This document shows, in pieces, positions 27,793 to 35,931 of a DNA stretch of 64,000 nucleotides. The position numbers were made by a program, and so were the translations under genes. The DNA comes from Kiritimatiellia bacterium (GTDB lineage: Bacteria > Verrucomicrobiota > Kiritimatiellia > RFP12 > JAAYLN01), in contig JAZQOA010000086.1 of assembly GCA_045627605.1 (NCBI GenBank), positions 15,281 to 79,280 of the forward strand, written 5' to 3'. Position 1 is the first letter of the stretch. The number at the start of each line of letters is the position of its first letter. The notes beneath the pieces are model-generated. The model saw only the letters and a program-made list of their open reading frames with translations, searched no databases and was not told the origin of the DNA.

Positions 27793-30507
27793 TCAAATTG
27801 CGTTTCCATCTTTCCGTTCCTCCTCTAACGAGCCGAGAAGTTCGAGTGCGCCCGCCGTGGCGAGCATGCAGTTGATCCAGTCGCGTTCGGGGCTTTTCGC
27901 GTCCTGGTCCGTCCAGAAGGTGCGGAGACGCCCGGAGGGCTCCTGCACGCGCGTGGCGGCGTCGCCCAGCGCCCGGGCCTTGGCGAGGTCAAGTGGGTTG
28001 CCCCCGGCCTTCCAGAGCACGACGAAAGCGCGGATAAGCTTGGCCGCCGACGAATCGATCGGCACGTAGCAGTGGTACTGCTCCATGACGCCGGGCAAAA
28101 TCCAGTCGAGGTAGTTGGAGTCCCACGACCTCCCCTCGCGGTAGTGGTCGCACGGCACCGTGTTGCGCATGCCGGCGCCATCGGGCCGCGACGGACGTTC
28201 CCAGGCGATGAACTGGTCCTCGGAGAACCGGATGATTTCACGGGCCTGGGCGAGGCGGCGATTGTCGCCGGGGAAGCGCTTCAAGATGTAGAGCAGCGTC
28301 TCGCAGGCGGGGTGCTTGGTGAGGTTGACGAACTTTTCGGAGGGTTTGACGTCTTCAAACTGCCCTTCCCAGTTCCAATCGGCAAGCGGCCCCTTCTCGA
28401 CAAAGGCGAAGCCCCTGTCCGCAGCCGCGCGGTATTCGGGCTTTCCCGTCAGGGCAAAGAGCTCCTCAAGGAGACCGCAGACGCCCAGCGGAAAACAGCG
28501 GTTGGGATTGACCGGGGTTCCGTCCTGGGCGCGCATCTTGAGAAAGCATGTGCCATCCTCGCCCTGGAGACGCAGGTAAGTCGCGGCAATGCGTTCGGCC
28601 GCCTCAAGGTACTTCGCCTCACCCGTCGCCTTTGAAAGCACAAGGAAGGCGCTGGCCGCCGTCTGCGGATAGAGGAGCATGTGCTGGCCGGCAAAGGTGC
28701 CGGCGGTGTAATGCGCCCCCTCGTAGGTCTGCGTGAAGAATTCAAGCGGCGAACCGGCGGGCTCGGCGTGGGCAATCAGGTAGTCGGCCGCGGCATGGGC
28801 GATTTTCAGGGCGTCCGCCGCGCGGTCGGGCCTCATCCGGGCATACTTCACCATCGCCCGGATCATCGCGGCGTGCATCTTGGAGGGATAGCAGTTGAGA
28901 TGGTAGCCGGGATCCGGAAGGCCCGTCTCAAGCCAGTGGCGCGTCGAAGGCATGGCGAAGACATAGTCGTAGATCATTTCGGCGGCCTTGGAATAGGGCC
29001 GTGCAGCAGGCGGGTACCATCCCGGATGGAAGGCGGCGGTCTTCCAGAAGACGCGACGGCCCGCCAACCCAATTTCCCCGCCCGCAGACGAAACGCCATG
29101 GCAAAAGAGCGTCACGAAACCACCTGCGGGGATGCGTTCCCAGACCGACGTCAGCGGCTCGGTCGGAGCGGTCGCCTCCCATTCCACTTCGCGGTGGTTG
29201 TCGAGGACGGCGAGGAAGCGGTATTTCACCGCCCCTTCGACCGCGCTGAAAGCGAATGAGGGCGGGTACATGAACCATTCGGAGTGGCCGTTCCAAAACT
29301 CCTGGCCGTCCACCCCGCCCGGGCGAACGACATGCGTCAACTCCTCGGCGACGGCCGCCTCCAGCTTGCGGTCTCCGACAAAGCGTATGTTCTCCGGTTT
29401 GAAGGGGCAGCCTTCGGCGGAGGAAATCGACGACGGCTTCCCTTCGGGGAAATCGCATCGCTCGAAGGTGATGTCCCGGACGCCGAACTTAAGCGCCTTG
29501 CCCTCGGTGTGGATGCGGTAGCCCTCGCGGCAGCAGGTGAAGTCGCAGTTGCGGAAGGTGACGTTTTCAATGTCGACGCCGAACTTTTCCGGGTCGCCAT
29601 AGAGGGTGCTCATGTTGACGGCCGTGCCGCCGCGGCGAGTCTCGACGTTTTCCACGACGACATCGCGGATCGTCCCCTCGCCCACGCCGATTCTGAAAAC
29701 CGACGAGGTCGAGGCCAGCCGGCAGTTGGAAATGCGTATGCGCTCGCACGGCGATGGATTGCGGAGACGGCGGCCTGAAGCGCGGATGGCGATGGCATCG
29801 TCGCCCGTGTCGATATCAACGTTGTCAACCTCCACGCCCTGGCAGCAATCTATGTCGATGCCGTCGGTGTTGCCGTCGTCCTGCCCGTTGCGGCAAGTAT
29901 AGTCGCGGACTTCGACCTCCGAGCAGGCGTGGAAGAAAAGCGACCAGCAAGGCGAATTGCGAATCGTCACGCCAACCACGCTGATGCCGCGCGTCTCGAC
30001 GAAGACCACGAGTTGCCCGGGCCGGAGGTTTTGCTTGTCCTTCGCCCAGCGGATGCCATTCCACCAGGCGGCAGACGTGGGCTTCATCCAGTCGAAATAG
30101 GCGATGGGCCTTTCATCGAAGAAATGGTCGCCGTTGCCGTCGATCACGCCCTTGCCTGTAATGGCGACATACTGCTGGCGGTAGGCGATGATGAAATGAA
30201 GGCCGCGCCAGTACTCGCTCTTTGGGCAGCTGAAGTTTTCGGGATAGGCGTCTTCCGCGTTGTAGTCCGCGAAATCGGGACTTGCCTTGAGTACGGCGCC
30301 CTCTTCGAGGTGGAGCTCCACTTCGCTCCTGAGCCAGAGCGTGCCGCTCGTGAACTCGCCGGCCGGCACAACGACCTTGCCGCCCTTTGCGGCGGCGGCG
30401 TCAATCGCCGCCTGAATCGCCCCGGCGTTGGCGGCGGGCGACGCCGAGGGCGCCGCCCCGTAATCCACGACATTGAAGACCTTGCGTTCCGTCTCTCTCA
30501 TCGCCAT
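27793..30507 (-). CDS. Glycoside hydrolase family 28-like (parallel beta-helix) domain fused to a ~500-aa helical, possibly (alpha/alpha)-toroid, domain
   Basis: GH28-type N-terminus FNVVDYGAAPSA...IQAAIDAAAAKGGKVVVPAGEFTSGTLWL, and NSPCWSLFFHAC...GNTDGIDIDCC...TGDDAIAIRA. The C-terminal half is helix-rich with no motif I can assign. No signal peptide. Confidence 0.65.
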   Translation of the reverse strand: MAMRETERKVFNVVDYGAAPSASPAANAGAIQAAIDAAAAKGGKVVVPAGEFTSGTLWLRSEVELHLEEGAVLKASPDFADYNAEDAYPENFSCPKSEYWRGLHFIIAYRQQYVAITGKGVIDGNGDHFFDERPIAYFDWMKPTSAAWWNGIRWAKDKQNLRPGQLVVFVETRGISVVGVTIRNSPCWSLFFHACSEVEVRDYTCRNGQDDGNTDGIDIDCCQGVEVDNVDIDTGDDAIAIRASGRRLRNPSPCERIRISNCRLASTSSVFRIGVGEGTIRDVVVENVETRRGGTAVNMSTLYGDPEKFGVDIENVTFRNCDFTCCREGYRIHTEGKALKFGVRDITFERCDFPEGKPSSISSAEGCPFKPENIRFVGDRKLEAAVAEELTHVVRPGGVDGQEFWNGHSEWFMYPPSFAFSAVEGAVKYRFLAVLDNHREVEWEATAPTEPLTSVWERIPAGGFVTLFCHGVSSAGGEIGLAGRRVFWKTAAFHPGWYPPAARPYSKAAEMIYDYVFAMPSTRHWLETGLPDPGYHLNCYPSKMHAAMIRAMVKYARMRPDRAADALKIAHAAADYLIAHAEPAGSPLEFFTQTYEGAHYTAGTFAGQHMLLYPQTAASAFLVLSKATGEAKYLEAAERIAATYLRLQGEDGTCFLKMRAQDGTPVNPNRCFPLGVCGLLEELFALTGKPEYRAAADRGFAFVEKGPLADWNWEGQFEDVKPSEKFVNLTKHPACETLLYILKRFPGDNRRLAQAREIIRFSEDQFIAWERPSRPDGAGMRNTVPCDHYREGRSWDSNYLDWILPGVMEQYHCYVPIDSSAAKLIRAFVVLWKAGGNPLDLAKARALGDAATRVQEPSGRLRTFWTDQDAKSPERDWINCMLATAGALELLGSLEEERKDGNAI

Positions 30508-30601
30508 CTCCCCTTTTCGACGCCCTTAATAAACGGCGACTTTAAAAGCTTAATCTAAATGGCACGACACCCCACATCCCCACATTGGCGTCCTCAGCCA
30601 C

Positions 30602-31525
30602 CTATCCATCTATCCTTTCGCCCCAAACTGGCACGACTGCGTTGAGCCCCAGTTCCCTCACCCGAGCAGCCCCTTCGTAGCCGCGCCCCCATGTCGAGCG
30701 CGCACCACCACCGATGGCGTGACCGAGTTCCTGGAGGTGTCCGAACACCATCCGCTTCGCCCGCACCTGCCGCGCCGCATCCTCAGGGTCAATGTAGTTG
30801 TAGGGGCTTACGATCCAGAGATCGGGATTCGGGCGATTTGGACGCATCTCGTGGATGAATCCCGAATCGCCGGTGTGATAAATGACATAGTCGCCAATTG
30901 CAATCTCAAATGCCGTTGTGAAATCCTGCAGGTAGTAGTTGTGCGACATTACATGCGTGGTGATTGCGACGTCCTTGATCCTATATGTCCGCCCGCGTTT
31001 CGTATATCCGCCAACAGCACCGGCGCGGTATGCGCCGTAGTTGCCGCTGAAGTTGTTGAAGACGGTCTTGCCAGCCTTGTCGAGTGCTTTTAGCGTGGCC
31101 CTGGAATAGTGATCGTCGTGGTTGTGGGTGATGCAGGCGAAGTCTACAATCGGCACGCTTAGGATATCCTGCCTGTGCGCAAGGTCTATCGTGAATATCG
31201 TCTTTTGCGTTTTAATTACGACACCCATGTTGTAAACATACCATACGGCAGGTTTCGTTCCGGTCACTTCAGTTTGCGCAACGTCACGGAAAACCTTGTC
31301 GTAAGCCTCGTCATACCGCTTTAGCGCAGGATACCTGGCAAAAAACGCCATCTTGTCTGCTTCGGAAAGTCCTATCCCGGATTTGCGGAACCTGACGTAC
31401 TCTTCGGGCGGCAACGCGTCAATCTCGCATTGGAAGCGGTAGAGGTCCTCGGGCATCCCGTCGACCCACTTTTTTCCATCGGGCGAATCCATGACAGCCC
31501 CCTTGGGGAAATCGCCATCTTCCAT
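30602..31525 (-). CDS. MBL-fold metallo-hydrolase (paralog 1)
   Basis: Zn-binding motif ITHNHDDHYS. 307 aa. The start codon directly abuts the stop of the upstream paralog (31525/31526). Confidence 0.7.
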   Translation of the reverse strand: MEDGDFPKGAVMDSPDGKKWVDGMPEDLYRFQCEIDALPPEEYVRFRKSGIGLSEADKMAFFARYPALKRYDEAYDKVFRDVAQTEVTGTKPAVWYVYNMGVVIKTQKTIFTIDLAHRQDILSVPIVDFACITHNHDDHYSRATLKALDKAGKTVFNNFSGNYGAYRAGAVGGYTKRGRTYRIKDVAITTHVMSHNYYLQDFTTAFEIAIGDYVIYHTGDSGFIHEMRPNRPNPDLWIVSPYNYIDPEDAARQVRAKRMVFGHLQELGHAIGGGARSTWGRGYEGAARVRELGLNAVVPVWGERIDG

Positions 31526-32452
31526 TTACACGATCCTTTCGCCCCATGTCGGCATAATGGCCGCATACCCCTTCGCATTGCAGTCGCGAACAGCCCGGAG
31601 GCCATCCTCGTAAGACCAACGCCACTTGTCATGGCCAAGCTCCTGCAGATGCGCTATCACAGTTAGCTTCGGACATACCATCTGCACACCGTCGCCTACG
31701 TTCATCCCGCAATATGGATGGACGATCCAAAGATCCGGTCCGGGACGGTTCAGCATGATTTCGTAATGATAGCACATATCGCCCGAATGGTAGATGCGGT
31801 AATCGCCGATTGTGATTTCAAGTGGCATCGTGAAGTCGAGCAAGTAGCTGTTGTGCGCGGCGACATGCGTTTCAATCCTGACGTCGCCAATGGTGAATGT
31901 CCGCGGTCTGCGCGTGAATCCGCCGTATCCGCCGTGCGTTCTCTTCGCGCCTTCATTTGCTTCGAAGTTGCTGATGATCAGCTTTCCGGCGGCGTTAAAG
32001 GCGTCAAGGCAGCCATCATCGCAATGATCGTCATGATTGTGCGTGTAGCACGCGAAATCGCAGAATGGCACACTCGACAGATCCTGCCGGTGCGAAAGGT
32101 CGATTGAGAAGACTGTTTTCCGGGTTTTAACAACAAGGCCCATGTTGTAGACGAACCAGACCGCTGGTGTACGCCCCGAAACTTTTGTCTCGGAAACCTC
32201 GCGGAATACTTTCCCGTATGCCTCGTCATAGCGTTTCAGGACAGGGAACCGAGCGTACAAGTTGGCCTTTTCCGTTTCGGGAAGATCGAGTCCGCGCTCA
32301 CGGAACGCCATGAAATCCGCACCCTTGATCGCGTCAATCTCTTTCTGGCGAATGGAAAACTCGGCGGAAAGGCCATCGCCCTTGGAAAGTTGATTTTCTT
32401 CCGCGTCCGTCAGGGGACTGGCTGAGGTTTGAAGGGGATTCTCCTGCATCAT
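31526..32452 (-). CDS. MBL-fold metallo-hydrolase (paralog 2)
   Basis: Motif YTHNHDDHCD. Collinear similarity to the neighbour along the whole length (for example FARYPALKRYDEAYDKVFRDV versus YARFPVLKRYDEAYGKVFREV). ATG at 32452 or 32449. Confidence 0.7.
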   Translation of the reverse strand: MMQENPLQTSASPLTDAEENQLSKGDGLSAEFSIRQKEIDAIKGADFMAFRERGLDLPETEKANLYARFPVLKRYDEAYGKVFREVSETKVSGRTPAVWFVYNMGLVVKTRKTVFSIDLSHRQDLSSVPFCDFACYTHNHDDHCDDGCLDAFNAAGKLIISNFEANEGAKRTHGGYGGFTRRPRTFTIGDVRIETHVAAHNSYLLDFTMPLEITIGDYRIYHSGDMCYHYEIMLNRPGPDLWIVHPYCGMNVGDGVQMVCPKLTVIAHLQELGHDKWRWSYEDGLRAVRDCNAKGYAAIMPTWGERIV

Positions 32453-32474
32453 CAATCAGCCTCTTTTGCGCAAG

Positions 32475-34238
32475 CTACCGCACGTCAAACGCGAACATCC
32501 TGCACGCGGCGCCCTCGCCCCAGAGGCTTTCGGGAACAAGCCGGACCGCCATCGTCTCGGCGCCGACGGCGACCTTGACCATGCGGCGGCGGTTGTCGTC
32601 GACATGGGCGACCTTGCGCCAGCCGCCTTCGGCGGAATCATCGCGGACGTAAATGGAAAAGGCGCGGACAAGCGTCGCGGGCATCGCAAGCGGCTTGATT
32701 TCGAAGGCGAACTCGTGCATGAGGTTGTAGTGGTGGCCATGTTCGCCGGTGCGGTTGAGATCGCTGTCGAAGACAATCCGCGCCTCGCCGACCTTTTCGG
32801 GCTTGGCGAAGGCATACTCCACCCAGCCGCCGAGCGGGATCTCCGCGCCGTTTACCGCATCGCCGACGGGGCGGTCCGTCCCGTTGAGAAGGGCCGAGGG
32901 ATCGCCGTCCGACGCGGAAAGGCGCGCCGCCTTCGACAGCGCCGGGATGTCGCGCCTGAGCCAGGGGATGTAGCAGTCGTCGTCGAGAAGCGTCTGCTGG
33001 AGTTCGCGTACGTATTTTTCGGCGACGCCGCGGGGCGTTGTCTGCTCGCGGACGGCGATCGAAGCCGCCGTGCCGACGGCCTGGCCGATGATGGCGCAAG
33101 TCGCCATGACGCGCGTGGAGCTCAGCGCGGCATGCGAAACGCTGATGTTGCGTCCGGCGCAGAAAAGATTCTCGACGTTGCGGGAGTAGAGGGAGCGGTA
33201 GGAAATGCCGTAGGGCGACGGCGCGGGGTGGAAAATCGTCGGGGGCTCCCGCGTACCGAACCCCTTGGGGTTGTGGTCGTCCATCGACCAACCGCCGTAT
33301 GCGACGACATCGTCGAAACGGCCTTCGGCGCGAATGTCGTTTTGCGTCATGATGCGGTCGCCCAGGTAGCGGCGTGTTTCGCGCTTGCCGGGCAGGGAGC
33401 CAACCCAGTCGAGCTTCCAGTTGGCGGCGCCGTGGTCGCCCTTGTTCTTGTAGTGGTCCCAGAGGCCGAAGACGACCTTGAGCAATTCGTCGCGGATTTC
33501 CTCGGTGTCGGCCAGCGCGTTTTGCATGCCGCCCAGTTCGAGCCACCACCAGTTGCCGCCGGCGCGGAAGTTCTTGAAGACGCGGGTGATGTCGGCGTCG
33601 GTCTCGTACTTGTTGGCCCAGGGCGGCGGGACAAACGGCTGCGGCTCGGTCGTCTCGCGCGCCTGGACCAGGCAGCTCAGGCCCATCGTGTGGTTGTCGG
33701 CGGCTTCCGGCTCGATATCCTCGCCGAACTCGGCCCGTGCCTCGCGTCCCATGGGCCAGTCGGCGCCGGACAGGGGCGCGAGGACGCTGTCGCCCGAACA
33801 ATCGGCGAAAAGGCGCGCCTTCACGGTCTGCCACTTCTGCGTCGTCGTCTGCCACCCGGTGACGGAGACGATCCGCCGCCCGTCCATCTCGGCCTTGTTG
33901 CACGAGCAGTTGAGAATCAGCTTGACGCCAGGCTGGTAGCGGACGGCGCCGTAGAGAATGGAGTCCCAGACGGACGGGTTTCGCCCGGGGTTGTAGAAGT
34001 GGTTGTCGAGCATCAGCTCCTCGATGATGCCCGTCTCGCGCATGTCGCGGCCGTGGGCGCCGCCGACCCACATGCGGATTTCGCTTGAGGCGTTTCCGCC
34101 AAGGACGGGGCGATCCTGCATAAGGGCGACCTTCGCGCCGTGCCTCGCCGCGGCAATTGCCGCCAGCATTCCCGAAAGTCCGCCGCCAACAACGCAGAAG
34201 TCAACTTCCGTGACTTCTTCTTCAAAGGGTGTATTCAT
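32475..34238 (-). CDS. FAD-dependent oxidoreductase of the kind common in glycan-utilisation loci
   Basis: Dinucleotide-binding motif DFCVVGGGLSGMLAAIAAARHGAKVALMQDRPVLGGNASSE. The start is taken at the internal ATG 34238 (MNTPFEEE). Confidence 0.75.
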   Translation of the reverse strand: MNTPFEEEVTEVDFCVVGGGLSGMLAAIAAARHGAKVALMQDRPVLGGNASSEIRMWVGGAHGRDMRETGIIEELMLDNHFYNPGRNPSVWDSILYGAVRYQPGVKLILNCSCNKAEMDGRRIVSVTGWQTTTQKWQTVKARLFADCSGDSVLAPLSGADWPMGREARAEFGEDIEPEAADNHTMGLSCLVQARETTEPQPFVPPPWANKYETDADITRVFKNFRAGGNWWWLELGGMQNALADTEEIRDELLKVVFGLWDHYKNKGDHGAANWKLDWVGSLPGKRETRRYLGDRIMTQNDIRAEGRFDDVVAYGGWSMDDHNPKGFGTREPPTIFHPAPSPYGISYRSLYSRNVENLFCAGRNISVSHAALSSTRVMATCAIIGQAVGTAASIAVREQTTPRGVAEKYVRELQQTLLDDDCYIPWLRRDIPALSKAARLSASDGDPSALLNGTDRPVGDAVNGAEIPLGGWVEYAFAKPEKVGEARIVFDSDLNRTGEHGHHYNLMHEFAFEIKPLAMPATLVRAFSIYVRDDSAEGGWRKVAHVDDNRRRMVKVAVGAETMAVRLVPESLWGEGAACRMFAFDVR

Positions 34239-34290
34239 AAGAATTAGTATATTCCACCAGCCGCCATTCGTCAAAATCCGAAAAAAGAAC

Positions 34291-34319
34291 TTGAAATAAT
34301 CAGGCGGATGGGATATAAT
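34291..34319 (+). promoter_or_regulatory. Sigma-70-type promoter for tRNA-Asp
   Basis: TTGAAA (34291-34296), 17-nt spacer, TATAAT (34314-34319). The tRNA 5' end is 18 nt downstream. Confidence 0.55.
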
Positions 34320-34336
34320 ATTTGCATTCACTTCGC

Positions 34337-34413
34337 GGGGGAGTAGCGCAATTGGTTAGCGCACCGGACTGTCGATCCGGCGGTTGCGAGTTCGATCCTC
34401 GTCTCTCCCGCCA
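34337..34413 (+). tRNA. tRNA-Asp (anticodon GTC), CCA encoded
   Basis: Hand-folded cloverleaf. Acceptor GGGGGAG/CTCTCCC with one G-U pair. D arm GCGC-AATTGGTTA-GCGC. Anticodon stem CCGGA/TCCGG with loop CTGTCGA. T arm GCGAG-TTCGATC-CTCGT. Discriminator G plus CCA, followed by a T tract. Confidence 0.9.
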
Positions 34414-34488
34414 CTTTTTTTCCAGCGGCCGCCTTCTTCCGAAGCGCGGTCGTTTTGTTTTTCGGGACATGCGGCAAGGCGCACAGCG

Positions 34489-34859
34489 ATGGAAATCAAA
34501 ACTATCCAGACTGACAACTGCGAAATCCAATGCGCTATTTTTGGAAGCGGAAACATCCCCCTGGTGATTATTCCCGGAATCAGCCTCCGCAGTCCGCTGA
34601 ATTATGCGCCGGCCATTGAAGCCGCCTACGCCACGCTGGTCCGGGATTTCACCATTTTCGTGTCAAATGCCCGGTCCTCGCCATTGGCGCGGCCAAGGAC
34701 AAGGTCTTCACCGCCCGCGCCACCTCAGAATTGGCGGAGGCCCTTGCGGGCGAATGCTTCATCCATCCCCCGCCCTACGGCCACGCCGTCTACGACGAGG
34801 CTCCAGACTACGTGCACCGCCTTTCGGCATTCTTCACGGGCAGCACGGCATCAAGCTAA
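34489..34859 (+). pseudogene. Remnant of an alpha/beta-hydrolase gene (internal deletion plus frameshift)
   Basis: The N-terminal 58 codons (MEIKTIQTDNCEIQCAIFGSGNIPLVIIPG...VRDFTIFV) are in one frame. From 34665 a different frame reads KCPVLAIGAAKDKVFTARATSELAEALAGECFIHPPPYGHAVYDEAPDYVHRLSAFF and stops at 34857-34859. The central part, which would carry the GxSxG nucleophile, is absent. Confidence 0.6.
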
Positions 34860-35018
34860 CAGGGCATCATCTTCGGTGACAAGGACGACACTTTGGCGGG
34901 AGGGGCGGTGACGAACTTCGAGGGCAATGGAGACGTTGTCGGCAATGGCGACACGACATTGCAGGACGTCCTCAATGTCTCCACGGTCTCCCCTGTCCCC
35001 ACGCCCCCAACGGCAGGA

Positions 35019-35924
35019 CTACTTGACCAGTACGGAGATGAGCTGGTGGTCGCTGAAGTTCTTGTCCTTGAACTGGGCGGGCGGCGCGACTTCGGGGGCG
35101 ATGATTTCGGCATTGCCCTTTAGGAAGATGTAGTCGAAGCAGGAGGCCGGGTAGTACTTCGTGGCCGGCATCGTGTTGCGTTCGACGACGCCTTTGAAGC
35201 AGTCCCTAAAGCCGGCATCGAGAACCGTTGGGATTGTTTTCTCGCCCTTGTAGCCGTCGTCAAAGACGCTCGTGTTGAAGTCGCCGCCGAAAATCACACG
35301 GGAAACTTTCCGCCCCGCGTAGTCCTTCGCCATGATTTCCCCGGCGAAGGCGACGAGCTGGCGGGCGGAGATTTCGCGAAGCGCGCGGTTGGCCAAGGGG
35401 ACCTTGTCCTTGTCTGGTGCGTTATCGGGGATGAAGTTGCTCTTGAGGTGGACACCGGCCACGGCGGTCAGGTTGCTGTCGATGTCGAAAACAGCCCAGA
35501 CGAACCCCCGGGGCGGCTTCTTGCCGTCCTCCCACTTCCACTCGCGCCAGCCGGAGTCAACAGGCTTCAACTTGGAGATGATGGCGTTCTGGTGCGCGGG
35601 GACGGGGGCGTCCGGCGTGGTGGGGAACGCCGTGCAGGCGCTGACCGAAAAAACCTTGAGCGCCTCGTGCGAAACGAGGCGCTCGCAAACCTCGCGGCTG
35701 CGCATCTCCTCGAGCATGAGGATGTCGACGTTGTGGCGCGCGATGAAGCGGGCGGCGGTATTGATGCGGTACTGCTCGTACTGCGCGGACTTTTCCGTCT
35801 CGTTGGTGACGGGGAATCCCGCCGGGAACCAGCGGAGGTTCCACGCCCCCACCCTCGCGCCATCGGCGGCGAATGTCGACGCCGCGACAACGGCGGCGGC
35901 CAAAAAAAGTGCAATGCGTTTCAT
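35019..35924 (-). CDS. Secreted endonuclease/exonuclease/phosphatase (EEP) family protein
   Basis: Signal peptide MKRIALFLAAAVVAASTFA. EEP motifs GAWNLRWFP, VDILMLEEM and the C-terminal FSDHQLISV. Confidence 0.75.
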   Translation of the reverse strand: MKRIALFLAAAVVAASTFAADGARVGAWNLRWFPAGFPVTNETEKSAQYEQYRINTAARFIARHNVDILMLEEMRSREVCERLVSHEALKVFSVSACTAFPTTPDAPVPAHQNAIISKLKPVDSGWREWKWEDGKKPPRGFVWAVFDIDSNLTAVAGVHLKSNFIPDNAPDKDKVPLANRALREISARQLVAFAGEIMAKDYAGRKVSRVIFGGDFNTSVFDDGYKGEKTIPTVLDAGFRDCFKGVVERNTMPATKYYPASCFDYIFLKGNAEIIAPEVAPPAQFKDKNFSDHQLISVLVK

Positions 35925-35931
35925 ACTTGAT

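Noticed and set aside
34384-34911. 175-aa ORF spanning the tRNA 3' end and the hydrolase remnant
   Set aside because: It starts inside the tRNA gene. After residue ~93 it reads Pro/Arg/Ser-rich nonsense, because the true C-terminal hydrolase sequence is in another frame. It is interpreted as a pseudogene instead.
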